A stretch of DNA of 64,000 bases from Leidyana gryllorum EB-2025a (GCA_048772705.1 JBLWGC010000043.1:124001-188000); one strand, 5' to 3'; positions 1-10,793 are shown, counted from the first letter of the stretch. Made by a program: numbers and translations. Notes: generated by a model from the letters alone, not told the origin.

Positions 1-31
1 TCTTGCGCTCTACCGACTGAGCTAGGGCGGC
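1..31 (-). tRNA. tRNA-Lys(CTT), 5' part (runs off window start)
   Basis: Reverse complement GCCGCCCTAGCTCAGTCGGTAGAGCGCAAGA matches the 5' half of the Lys gene at 7206. Confidence 0.75.
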
Positions 32-112
32 AGGAATGTAAGGACACAAAACCCGATAGCCTGACATTTTGAGTGGCTCCGCTCCCAGAGCTGGCAGTGC
101 CCTTAGACTGGT

Positions 113-184
113 TGTCCGAGCCAGGAATCGAGCCTGGGTTTGCACGGCAATAACGTGCTGTCCTAACCACTAGACGACTCGGAC
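113..184 (-). pseudogene. tRNA-His pseudogene (anticodon loop mutated)
   Basis: Paralog of His(GTG) at 9872-9942; loop reads TTATTGC instead of TTGTGGC. Confidence 0.7.
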
Positions 185-453
185 AATCTTCAGGTGAGGC
201 TATAAAGGTAGTGAAGGTCACTTAGGATGGGATCCAACAGGAGCATCAGATGAAGTGCGTGGCGATCGGAACACCTCCCACTCCGGCTGGGAGGGAAGCG
301 GACCGCCAATGATCTGATGCCAGCACTATTCAGATGTTGTACCAGCTAACCTACTTCGGTTCGCCCAAGTTCTCTGAGGTTACACGTACCTAACAACCAG
401 GCTAATTCTGAGGATACTTGATTTCAGAGACACACGCCCCTTCCCCAATCCGC

Positions 454-525
454 GCAGCCATAGTCTAGTGGTTAAGACGTCTGCTTCACACGCAGAAGGT
501 CCGAGTTCGATCCTCGGTGGCTGGA
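454..525 (+). tRNA. tRNA-Val(CAC)
   Basis: A-box TAGTCTAGTGG, stem TCTGC/GCAGA around TTCACAC, GTTCGATCC; terminal acceptor mismatch. Confidence 0.75.
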
Positions 526-712
526 GCTCGCACCTTTTAAGTGAGCACCGAACGAAGTCTGAAGCGGAAAGAGCTGTGCTGTAAGACCGGCGATCGTACC
601 GAGGTCTTCTGCGTGACGGGCGGAAATACTAAAGACTTTGGTGGACCTGCCCAATGACTTGCATGGCTCCATTCTAAGGCAAATAGAGTGTAACTAAGTT
701 TAGAGTTTCCTT

Positions 713-785
713 GTCGTCCTAGCTCAGTCGGTAGAGCGCAAGCCTCTTAATCTTGCAGTCGCAGATTAAAGTCCCGTGGGCGGTG
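713..785 (+). pseudogene. tRNA-Lys(CTT) pseudogene
   Basis: TAGCTCAGTCGGTAGAGC and CTCTTAA loop, B-box destroyed. Confidence 0.7.
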
Positions 786-846
786 CGGATCAATAGGCCG
801 GGGAGTAAGAATGGAGTATGTTGCCTACAAGCAAACCCAGCTGCAT

Positions 847-918
847 TTCCGCTGCCGGGACTCGAACCGGGATGGTGCGGCTCGAGCCGCATATACTAGC
901 CACCTAGACTAAAGGGGA
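847..918 (-). pseudogene. tRNA-Glu pseudogene
   Basis: Paralog of Glu(CTC) at 7339-7410 with altered anticodon arm. Confidence 0.65.
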
Positions 919-1894
919 CGGGTCACCACAGTTGCCCTGACGAATGGGGGCAGAAAAGGCCTGAAAATCCTGAGTTCCACATAGGAAACCTGGGCGAACA
1001 CAGTTGCTTCCGACATCAGGCGCCTGGACTGGGAGAGCTTCCGCAGGATGGTTACGAATGAGTTTGAGTCGGACAAGCGGGGAAGCCTAGCGCGGCTGGT
1101 GGAATTGCGCCCAGCGGAGGGAGGCATCCGCCAGTTCGCCATTGCGTTCAGACAAGAGCGGCGTACCGTGCGAAACATCCCGTCGCGACTTCCAAAGGCA
1201 GAGCAGTTGGTGATCCGCGACAGAAACCCACAAACGGTAGCCGAGGCGGTTTCGCTGGTCCTCATCATGTGCCCAAAAGAAACACAATTAGTCAAACGGA
1301 CGTTGGTAGCAACTCACAGAGGAGTGGGGATACAAAATCCGCACACCAGGGAACACTGCAGCAAGCACAACCTGTGCTACCTGTGCGGACAAGCCGGGCA
1401 TCTGTCCACCAAATGCCCGAAGCGGGGAAACCACCCTAAGAACAACCAGCAAAGATGGCGAGCCTTCCCGGCGATGGCGAACTTACCAGAAGACGGAAAC
1501 CACGAAGAGGAGGCCGAAACGGACTGGGATTTTTAGACGAGGCCCAACACGGGCCTAACACATGCTTCACCGCCATCCATTGGCAAGGCACACAACGCAC
1601 GGGTTGGACGGCCACAATGGAGTGGGAGGTAACGAGCCCCAAGGGGGGGGCATAGCCGAAGAACGACAGCCCTGATTGACTCAGGATCGGAAGTCAATAT
1701 CATCACACCAGCCTTGGCAAGGAGCTTAGGTTTGAAAATACAGGATTGCATCACGCAAAGGATTGAAGGAATGGGTCGGCGAAGTGCGAAGGAGAAGTAC
1801 AAGCTTGTCTGAAGACTCAACACAAGCGGTATCCCCCCTTGCGCTTTGCGGTGGTACACAATGACCACTACGAGGCGATAGTAGGCCTCTCGCT

Positions 1895-2591
1895 TGTTGT
1901 ACTTCGTGTTTGCCTGATGGTCAACTTCCTATCGGGTTGCCAAATTCGACTTGCTGAAATTTCCAATCGAATTAACATCCATCTGGATACTTCCCTACAT
2001 ATTTGGCACTCATATAGGGGCATGTATAAGATGGTGAAAAGGCATTATTAACGAACATAAAGCAACTACTACTAAAGCGTAAAGGCTAATGCACCCTAGT
2101 GGTCTGAACTCTCTGTGACAGTGTAACTGTGCAGACACTCGCATGAATGATCAGAGTGTGGTGTCGGGGACAACTACCGTGTGTGGTCAGCGCGAGGCTC
2201 CGCAAGAGTGGGAGCGACTGGCACATGGGTAGAGTGAGAGAGACACTGCAGGATGGCTAGAGATGGACTCAGGAGCAAGGCTGGCGTTGATCCAGAGGAT
2301 GATCAAAGCCCTTCTGTCGACCTCCCAGCAGATCCGGCCGACGATCAACCGGTACAACTAATACCGGTTCAGTAAGTCAGAGTTGGACTAGGCAAGAGGC
2401 GGCCTAAGATAACTTTTGCACTTGGTACAACAAGTCGTAGTTCTTGTTTTGCGCCGTCGTGTGCGACATATTCGTGGTAGACTTGTCGGCAAAAATACTA
2501 ACTTGGTTCCTAAGTCTGACTCGTGGTCGAAAGCATGCAGACATGAGAACTGGGCCTCGTTCCCCTTGAGTAGCGACTTGGGGTTACAACA
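1895..2591 (+). mobile_element. Solo LTR (~700 bp; strand given only relative to the second copy)
   Basis: TGTTGT...ACAACA termini, near-TSD tcgct/ccgct; inverted second copy at 34275-34876. Confidence 0.8.
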
Positions 2592-5488
2592 CCGCTGATT
2601 CATGACATACCGCTCATCTTGGGGACCGACGGAACAGGAAGAATGGTGATAGCCGAAGGAGCGATCCTCGAGGTTAACAAAGCATTCGTTACAAAACCGG
2701 TGAAACTCAACTTACCTCGACCAGTCCCAGAGATCGGGGATTCCATAATTTTCAAATAAAAATTCAGCCGGATGCCAAACCATATGCTGGACGCCCGTAT
2801 GGCGGGAAAGGCGACGTTGGAGAGCTACGTCGACAAGTGGATGACCCAGGGGAAGATCGTCCAATCCAAGTCGGAATGGTCAGCTCCGAGTTTTCTGGTA
2901 CCAAAGGCCGACACCAATGTACCCAGAATGGTCACGAATTACAAGGCACTCAACGATCAAACGGTGAACTATGCATACCCCACGACGACGACAGAAGAAA
3001 ACCTATCGGTCCTGAGGGGCGCACGGGTCTTCTCGAAGATCGACCTGAAGTCTGGATTCCACCAGATCAGGATCGAACCCGAATCCCAAAGGTTCAGGGC
3101 CTTTGTGACCCAATTTGGTAAGTATCAATATACAGTGATACCGATCGGGCTGAAGAACGCCCCATGCGCGTTCATCGCACTGATGACCGAAGTACTGGAT
3201 GAACTGATTGGCGAATGCGTGGTGGCTTACGTGGATGACCTACTGGTATACAGCACAACTGGGAGGAACATCGAGCACACCTCGACGCAGTGTTAAACCG
3301 GCTGAGAAGACATCAACTGTATATAAACGCGAGCAAATCCAAGTTCTACCTCACTGAGGTGTAATTCACAGGTCACAGAGTGACACCAGGAGGATCCAAC
3401 CCGCCAAAACCAAGGTAGAGTTCTTCCGCACTCGTCCACCGCCGGAAAAGGTGAAGGAGCTGTCAACACTGATCGGAGCCATGTCTTATTACTCGCGATT
3501 CATTCCACTGTTCGCAGAGAAAGTACGAATATTCCACGGCCTGATTGCCACCAGTTCAAAGCCGAAGGACAGCATTGAATGGACTCCAGAGAGGACGAGG
3601 GCAGGACCTCACTACTTGCTTTGATGACGAAAGACAGTTAGGACACATGGACCGCAACTTGCCGTTGGTTGTCACGACGGAGGCCTCGAACGAGGCCATC
3701 GGAGCTACGTTGGAACTGCATCAGCCCGAAGGCCGAACACCATTAGAGTCATGAGCTGCAGACTGACCGCAGCACAGAAGGCGTGGCCCGTCCACGAAAG
3801 GGGACTGTACGCGGTTGAAAGAGCGCTCAAGCGTTGGCGTCATTTCTTGGCCACTAAACCCTTCTCGGTCTTCACCGACCACAAGCCATTGGCAACACTC
3901 GCCAAAGCGAAGAACGTGTCAGACCAGGTGGTGAGAACTTGCCGAAGATCTCCCAGTTTCCCTGCAAAATCGACTATCTCAAAGGAAGTGAGAACCAGTT
4001 GGCCGACTTATTGAGCAGGCCGCCACCGAGGCTCTGTCACATGGCCCACTACCAAAGCAGAGAGGGAGAGTTCATGTTACTGCTTCAACGCCTAAGTGGA
4101 CCTCTCCAGCCAACCGGAGACCAGATTAAGCATCAGGGGCTCATATATGACTGCGAGGACCGTATCATAGTATCGGACAACCGCGAAGTAAAGCTTCGCA
4201 TACTGGAGGAGTGCCATAGTTCACCACTAGGAGGCCACATGGGAATCGACAGAACACTGAAGAGAGTGGTCGCTATGTTTCACTGGCCACATGTTGCTCG
4301 GGACGTTCGAGAGCATTGCAAGGCATGCGAAACCCGCCAAAGAGTCAAGAGCACGGATCAAAAAACAATAGGGCTCCTACATCCGATCCCACCACCCTGT
4401 GAGCCGTGGCGCGAAGTCAGCATCGATCTGGTTTGCCTACCGGAGGACCCTACCCACAAGAAAGACTGTCTGATGACTATAATTGACAGGTTCGCTCGCA
4501 GAATGACGCTCATCCCCTGTCGCAGGGATATTTCCGCAACGGATTCAGCACAACTGCTGATAGAAAACCTAATCAGACCCCATGGGTGTCCAGAGTCAAT
4601 TGCTTGCGATCGCGACTCACGGTCGTGTTCAGAAGTATGGACGGAAATGTTACGCATCATGGGAACAAAATTGCGACCGAGTACCGCATTCGACCCCCAG
4701 ACGAACGGGATGGTGGAAAGATGGCACCGCACCGCCTTGCAGGTCTTGCGAACAGTATGCACAGAATTAGGCCCTCACTGGACACAGCTCATCCCCACCT
4801 GGAAATGGCAATAAATTCGGCTATGAACGAGTCAATTGGAATGTCTCCACACGAGGCAGAGACAGGGACCCCCTTCAGAACGCCACTAGTGGCATCCATA
4901 CCCGAACGCCCAGCGTCATCGAAGAAACCGCTGCAGCTGCAAGCGGAGAGACTACAGGAGATCACAGACCGAATACGCACGGCACAGCAAAAGAAGGCAG
5001 CGGACACCAACAGGAGAGAAGAAAGCCACCAAGAAGGCGATTACGTCCTGCTGTCATCAAAGCAGTTGAAAGGCCTGCGCCGAACAAAGCTATCCCATAG
5101 CTGGATTGGACCATTTCGCGTCATCAGCTGCATACCCGGTGATGTTTATGAACTCGAGCTACCTGCTCGATTGCAAGTACATAACCGATTCCACGTCAGC
5201 CGTTTGCGGAAGTATACGGGAACGCCTCCCGAGAACCCGCAACCACTGTACCAAATGGAGGCCGTGACAGGAGAGAAACTAAGGGACGGATCTTACCTCT
5301 GGCTGATAAATTGCAGAGGTTACCCTGACTCAGAGAACACTTGGGAGCCACTAACGGTGATCTAAGAGGGAGACGCCATGGACCTGGTCCTGGCATTCCG
5401 AAGAGAGTACACCAATAGAGAAACCACCAAGGTACGTACACACCGGAGCAACTGGAAGGCAAAGACCTAGAGTCTTGATGGGGAGGTG

Positions 5489-5690
5489 TGTAGCCAGCAC
5501 TTTGTTACCGACGACCCGGGGGCCGGCCGGCAGATCACCCGGAGACGGAGACACGGATCGACAAACACGTGTGCTTACCTTTTTACTTACGTGACAATGG
5601 AACAGAATGGAACCGATGGACTCCGCCTGCGAAACGGGAAGTTACTTGGAGCAATAAGTACTGAACTTACTGACATGCCACCGGGTTATA
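5489..5690 (+). repeat. LTR with PPT upstream and PBS downstream
   Basis: GGGGAGGTG then TGTAGCC...GGTTATA, followed by PBS TGGTAGCAGTG at 5692. Confidence 0.75.
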
Positions 5691-5983
5691 CTGGTAGCAG
5701 TGCGCACAACTTACCTCCGATGGACGAAGATGTAGATACGGCAGCCGAAGCGAGGGACGGAATGAGGGACCCCACCGTTAGGAAGAAGATAGATCACGGA
5801 CGCTAGTAAACACGCCGGCCTCCACCCCCAGAAGTCCTCGCATTATGAGATTTCACGGACAGGAAACGGGTGGAATGGCGAGCCAACAACACTTCGGCAA
5901 GATGGCCGAGTGCTGTGTTTGAGTCGGACAGAAAGCTCACTTCAATCATTGAAGCAAATTGCGTTTTTCTCCGCGAAAGCTAC

Positions 5984-6065
5984 CGACAAGGGTGAGATTC
6001 GAACTCACGCGGGTGAAACCCAACGGCTTAGCGGGCCGCCGCCTAAACCACTCGGCCACCTTGCC
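5984..6065 (-). tRNA. tRNA-Ser(GCT), U33 replaced by C
   Basis: Full cloverleaf with long variable arm, GTTCGAATC. Confidence 0.75.
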
Positions 6066-6544
6066 GAGAGTCGAACGGATTACACCTTCCATCGGGAATC
6101 GCGTGCGAATTGTTAGTGATGTACACCCGCTTCTCGATGTCAGTATTCGGCCTTGGAATGCCTGCTTGGTGGGGTGGACGAAGGTCTGAGTGGCCGCTTC
6201 AGTGCCAATCATGGTGTTTTGCTGAGCACGTCACTCGCTCTTTCGGCTAGTGACTGTTCACCTCAACTCTGAAGCGGTCGCATATTCCAGTCGGTTAGAG
6301 CGTGACCCTGATAACTTCCGAGCCCGCGACTGGAGCCCGGGCGTGACTAAGTGAGTGGATCTCTGATACAGACCCACCCAGTACCCGAGAAAGGCCCAAG
6401 ATTCCACGATCAATACGAATGGAACTCGTTCCTAAGCCCGAGCTTCCTTGCCGTCCCAAGTCAGTCGGCCGCCCGAGCAGTACTAGTCAAGCTTGCTGAA
6501 CCGTATGTGAAAACACTGGCCGCAAAATGCCAAGTCGGACAGGT

Positions 6545-6626
6545 GGCAACTTGCCCGAGTGGTTAAGGGGGTAGACTAGAAATCTACTGGGCCTGGCCCG
6601 CGCTGGTTCAAATCCAGCAGTTGTCG
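6545..6626 (+). tRNA. tRNA-Ser(AGA)
   Basis: All stems pair; GTAGA CTAGAAA TCTAC; long variable arm. Confidence 0.92.
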
Positions 6627-6708
6627 TGCGATGTGATTGGAGAATCAGACACCAACTCACGCCTCAAACCCCACAATGGTGCCTCAATCAACCATCTGCC
6701 ATCTTCTC

Positions 6709-6779
6709 TGCATCTGCCGGGAATCGAACCTGGGTCGTCTCAGTGGCAACGACACAGTCTACCACAAGACCACAGATGC
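6709..6779 (-). tRNA. tRNA-Gly(GCC), partly degenerate
   Basis: GCATCTG/CAGATGC acceptor, TTGCCAC loop; anticodon stem mismatches. Confidence 0.65.
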
Positions 6780-6834
6780 GTGACACCTCCATTCCTGAAC
6801 ACAAGGCGATGAGTCTGGAGCGGGGGATGGTTTT

Positions 6835-6905
6835 GGGCATATGGCGCAACGTAGCGCGTCTGACTCCAGATCACAAGGTCGAGTGTTCGAATCACTCTCG
6901 GCTCA
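6835..6905 (+). pseudogene. tRNA-Trp(CCA), degenerate
   Basis: TCTGA CTCCAGA TCACA arm, GTTCGAATC; acceptor stem mispaired. Confidence 0.65.
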
Positions 6906-7205
6906 ATCCGACTCTTTGTTCTTCCCGTATGAGGCGCAACCTAACAAGAGTGGCCCTTTCGAGCTGCGACTTGGATACAGCGCCTTAGTCCCCTCCGCCA
7001 TCTTACCAGCTCGGTTTCTGTCCCGCCACTCCAAGCGTTCCCTGTCTGTTGAAGGTAGAGAATGGAAAGGCTGGCTCTAAGGTTGGAGGTCACGCGCCTC
7101 CGACATGGTATGAAACTTATATTTCAGCCTGCCAAGCCAACGATCCGGTGGGTGCCAAAGCCACTTCACATGTCAGGCTATCGGGTTTTATGTCCTTGCT
7201 TTACT

Positions 7206-7278
7206 GCCGCCCTAGCTCAGTCGGTACAGCGCAAGACTCTTAATCTTGCAGTCGCGGGTTCGAGCCGCGCAGGCGGTG
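7206..7278 (+). tRNA. tRNA-Lys(CTT)
   Basis: CAAGA CTCTTAA TCTTG arm, GTTCGAGCC; a few stem mismatches. Confidence 0.75.
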
Positions 7279-7338
7279 GGGATCTCTTTCCCTGGGACGA
7301 AGAATGGAACTGTTGCCTACAAGCACACTCAGCTGGAG

Positions 7339-7410
7339 TTCCACTGCCGGGCGTTGAACCCGGATGTACGGGTGAGAGCCGCATATCCTAGCCACTTAGA
7401 CTACAGTGGA
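7339..7410 (-). tRNA. tRNA-Glu(CTC)
   Basis: TCCACTG/CAGTGGA acceptor, CTCTCAC loop. Confidence 0.8.
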
Positions 7411-7513
7411 CAACTCCCTCAGCTGCAGCTTTAGCCGAGAGCCGTACCCTCTTGACAAGACGTGTTCTAGAAAGCGGAGGGTCTCTATACTAACCTCTGA
7501 AACATTGTAGCTG

Positions 7514-7586
7514 GGTCTTGTAGCTCAGTCGGCAAAGCGTGTAGCTGTTCACCACAAAGTCGCACTTTCGAAGCCTGGCACTATCG
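7514..7586 (+). pseudogene. tRNA-Asn(GTT) pseudogene
   Basis: TAGCTCAGTCGG, CTGTT loop, decayed T arm; paralog of 9152. Confidence 0.55.
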
Positions 7587-7645
7587 GGAGCTACGATATC
7601 CGACTCTCTCCTAGAGGTTGCAACTCTGTATTTAACTACTGAGTT

Positions 7646-7717
7646 TGGACGACCTGGGTATCGATCCCAGTTTTCTCGCATGCACAGTCAGCCGTCTAGC
7701 ATCTGAGCTAGCCGGCC
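7646..7717 (-). pseudogene. tRNA-Ala pseudogene
   Basis: 3' end matches the Ala gene at 9342; anticodon arm decayed. Confidence 0.65.
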
Positions 7718-7777
7718 ATCCGCACTACATGGAAGAGCTATTGCATCCAGTGACTGACCGAGTGCCCAGACTACGGC

Positions 7778-7856
7778 TGACAAGAGTGGGATTCGAACCC
7801 ACGCCTTTCGGACTGCGGCCTGAACACAGCGCCTTAGACCACTCGGCCATCTTGCC
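7778..7856 (-). tRNA. tRNA-Leu(CAG)
   Basis: GGCAAGATGGCCGAGTGG...TTCAGGC loop, variable arm, GTTCGAATCC. Confidence 0.85.
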
Positions 7857-8017
7857 GGAGCGTTCTTGGCTCGCCACTTTACAGGTTTTCTGTCCGTGAA
7901 GTTCTCGAGAAGGAAGACTTTTAGGGTTGAAGACGCGCAAGACGCGCGTTCAATGCCCTGTTTTGGAGAGAGCCTGTTTCCTCGCTTTGGTGGGACTCAC
8001 TTCAAAGATTCGAGCGA

Positions 8018-8240
8018 CAGCCACCTGGGATTGAACTCGGGACCTTCTGCGTGTTAAGCAGACGTTGTAACCACTATGTAGTAGTGACAACGTCTCTGTG
8101 TCTCCGGTGCCGGCCGGCCCGGTCACGGAGACACAGAGACACAAGCAGATAGACACACGTGTGCAGATTGTTTTTGTTGCTTGACGACTGACGGAACACT
8201 TACGATGGATCTAAGAAACAGAAGCCTAGACCATGACTGC
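8018..8240 (-). pseudogene. tRNA-Val(AAC) split by an LTR fragment (8077-8225)
   Basis: Joining 8018-8076 to 8229-8240 restores a Val gene like 10153. Confidence 0.75.
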
Positions 8241-8304
8241 ACCAAAGCTTTGCGCAGACCAAGAGAGAAGTTGCGAAGTTTCAACAAGAAGTGGACTAGT
8301 TGCG

Positions 8305-8374
8305 ACGTCGCACCAGGAAGCGAACCCAGGTCGAAAGATTCAATCTCCAGTGCTAACCACTACACCACGGAACT
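8305..8374 (-). pseudogene. tRNA-Gln pseudogene
   Basis: Paralog of Gln(TTG) at 11581 with loop deletion. Confidence 0.6.
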
Positions 8375-8556
8375 ATTCACGACCAAGATTCAAAAGAGTG
8401 AATGAAGCCATTGGGACTGGAAATAAATGCGGTCCAGAACTCGAATGTTTCCGTTCCATTGAGACGACCCGCGCTCGATACGAGGCGGTTTCAAATCTGG
8501 GTAAGTGCAAAAAGATAGCATGACAAGTTCCTCGGCGCTTCGAACTCGACGGAGCG

Positions 8557-8629
8557 TGGGAGTGGAGAGGATCGAACTCTCGAGTTCAGGATTATGAGAC
8601 CTACGCGCTACCGACTGCGTTACACTCCC
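8557..8629 (-). tRNA. tRNA-Met(CAT), elongator type, with point changes
   Basis: CTCATAA loop; near-identical to 10909-10981 but D-stem mutated. Confidence 0.7.
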
Positions 8630-8706
8630 CCTCCGACTTTCTCCAAGGAAATTACCCGAATCCAGAAGCATGCTGACAGGCAGGGTGGGTCAAGATACAA
8701 CAAATC

Positions 8707-8778
8707 GGGCTGTTCTGGGACTCGAGCCCAGACGTACTTTCACCCCAAGGAAAAATCATACCACAAGACCAAACAGCC
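8707..8778 (-). pseudogene. tRNA-Pro pseudogene
   Basis: Paralog of Pro(CGG) at 11058. Confidence 0.6.
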
Positions 8779-9151
8779 AGATGCTGGGTGATGCAACCCA
8801 CCGGACTGTGTAAAGGATCACTGAATGCCATGGGGCTTGGGCACCAGGCGACGAGCTAAGATGCTTTAGCGGTCGCTCAGCGTGCGAAAGGGACTGGGAT
8901 CGATGCCCAGCCCATCGAAACTATATGCATCAAATCTTCGCCAGTTTGAGTACCGTTGGAGCATCAACACTGTTTGCCGAAGCCCAGCATGGATAGTAAT
9001 TTTCAAAGCACACCTCTACTTCCGGTAGGAGGGAGTCGTGGTGAGATGCCGGAAGTTTCCCACCTGTCAGTACCATAGGGAGGCAGGCTGAACAGGCGGC
9101 TGTCTGGTCTAGTGGTATGATCCTTCCTTGGGAGGAAGAACATTTTAACTG

Positions 9152-9224
9152 GATCTTGTAGCTCAGTCGGCAGAGCGTGTGGCTGATAACCACAAAGTCG
9201 CAGGTTCGAAACCTGCCAGAACCG
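9152..9224 (+). pseudogene. tRNA-Asn body with GAT anticodon
   Basis: D, anticodon and T arms pair (TGTGG CTGATAA CCACA); two acceptor mismatches. Confidence 0.6.
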
Positions 9225-9341
9225 GATTCTGCGGCACCCCAGACAGTGACTGCGCTGCTCTCGCAATGGCACTTGTGGTCTGCGACCCTTCACAGATGTA
9301 AGATTAGGTTTGGATCCCGCCACGTGCAGCCGTACGTACTT

Positions 9342-9414
9342 TGGACGACCTGGGCATCGATCCCAGTACCTCTCGCATGCTAAGCGAGCGCTCTACCATT
9401 TGAGCTAGTCGCCC
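9342..9414 (-). tRNA. tRNA-Ala(AGC)
   Basis: Complete cloverleaf; CTCGC TTAGCAT GCGAG; GATCGAT T loop. Confidence 0.92.
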
Positions 9415-9683
9415 TCACTGCAGACCGCATCGCATTTCTTGGTTCTCGACATAGTATGACCACTCTCTCGACTGTACCCAACGCATTGCACCACCGACAG
9501 GCGGCTGTTTGGTCTAGTGGTATAATTCTCCCTTCGGGCAGAACAGCCAACACCGCACGTCTCTTGAAGCCCGGCTGAGATATGCGGCTCTCACTCGCCC
9601 ATCCCGGACAGAGTTCCCGACAGCTAAAGACGAAACCTGGGTTGTTGACTCAACACGCGGGGCTGGAACCCGATCATTTGCCT

Positions 9684-9756
9684 AGACGCTACTGCGACTC
9701 AAACCCAGAATCCCCGGTTCCGTATACCGATGCCATATCCATTCGGCCATAGCGCC
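9684..9756 (-). pseudogene. tRNA-Arg(ACG), mildly degenerate
   Basis: TCGGT ATACGGA ACCGG arm; B-box GTTTGAG mutated. Confidence 0.65.
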
Positions 9757-9871
9757 GACTAATGGAGTCGTCAAAATGGAAGTGTCTAGCGATCAAGAGA
9801 GCGCAGCAAACACCTCGATAACAGCGTTGTCCATTCCAGCAAGAGTTTCCATTCGAGACACCAGGGCATAT

Positions 9872-9942
9872 TGTTCGACCTAGGAATCGAGCCAGGTTTG
9901 CACAGCCACAACGTGGTGTCCTAACCACTAGACCCCTCGGAC
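9872..9942 (-). pseudogene. tRNA-His(GTG), degenerate
   Basis: TTGTGGC loop; A-box and T-arm mutations. Confidence 0.65.
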
Positions 9943-10152
9943 ATTTTCAGCTGAGGGATGCAACAGGAGCATCAGATGAATTTCGTGGTGAACCGAACTC
10001 CGGGTGGGACGACATCCGACCGCCGATGATTTGATACCAGCACTATTCAGATGCTGTACCAACTGACCTATTACAGGCCGCCCAAGTTCGCTGAGGTTAC
10101 ACATTCTGAGGAGACTCGATTTCAGCGACACACGCCCCTTCTCCCAGTGCGC

Positions 10153-10225
10153 GCAGCCATGGTCTAGTGGTCACGACGTCTACTTAACACGCAGAAGGTC
10201 CCGAGTTCGATCCTCGGTGGCTGTA
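10153..10225 (+). tRNA. tRNA-Val(AAC)
   Basis: GCAGCCA/TGGCTGT acceptor, TTAACAC loop, GTTCGATCC. Confidence 0.75.
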
Positions 10226-10280
10226 GCTCCCAACTTTCAGCGAGCACCAAAAAAAGACAATCTCAAGCGAAACCAATGTG

Positions 10281-10351
10281 CTTCGAGACCGGGAATCGAA
10301 CCCGGTCTTCCGCGTGACGGGCGGAAATACCAACCACTATACTATCTCGGA
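10281..10351 (-). tRNA. tRNA-Asp(GTC), slightly degenerate
   Basis: Paralog of 11264; U33 to C and 1-nt deletion. Confidence 0.65.
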
Positions 10352-10445
10352 CGCTCTGAACACGCCGGTCTCCAACCCCAAAAGTCTTTCCATATCCAGA
10401 ATCCAAGAACAGAAAACGCGTTAAGCGGCGAGCCAACCACATTCC

Positions 10446-10525
10446 GGCAAGATGGCCGAGTGGTCTAAGGCGCTGTGTTCAGGCCGCAGTCCGAAAGGGC
10501 GTGAGTTCGAATCCCACTCTTGTCA
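10446..10525 (+). tRNA. tRNA-Leu(CAG)
   Basis: Near-identical to 7778-7856. Confidence 0.8.
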
Positions 10526-10655
10526 GCCGTTGTAGTCAGGATAACCTGCGACTGCATCCCAGCATGCTCGCACGATGGGCGGGACTACCCGCCGTGCACG
10601 TAGCACCCGGCTAACTTTTGTCGATACACCCGAGACATGATTTTCCGGCTAAGTT

Positions 10656-10727
10656 GCCTTCTTAGCTTAGGGGCAGAGCGTTCGCTTCGTAAGCGAGAAG
10701 TCGCCGGTTCGATTCCGGCAGAAGGCT
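10656..10727 (+). tRNA. tRNA-Thr(CGT)
   Basis: GCCTTCT/AGAAGGC acceptor, TTCGTAA loop, GCCGG TTCGATT CCGGC. Confidence 0.85.
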
Positions 10728-10793
10728 TTGATGCATCGATAGGCTAATAAGGAATGGCTGTCACCACGTACAAAATACACAAGATCGTGTTCT

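Larger units (their letters stand above)
919..5796 (+). mobile_element. Decayed chromodomain-bearing Ty3/Gypsy retrotransposon
   Basis: Gag CCHC CYLCGQAGHLSTKC, protease LIDSGS, RT YVDD (2772-3296), RNase H, integrase HHCC/DDE region (3939-4814), chromodomain GYPDSENTWEP; frameshifts and stops. Confidence 0.9.
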
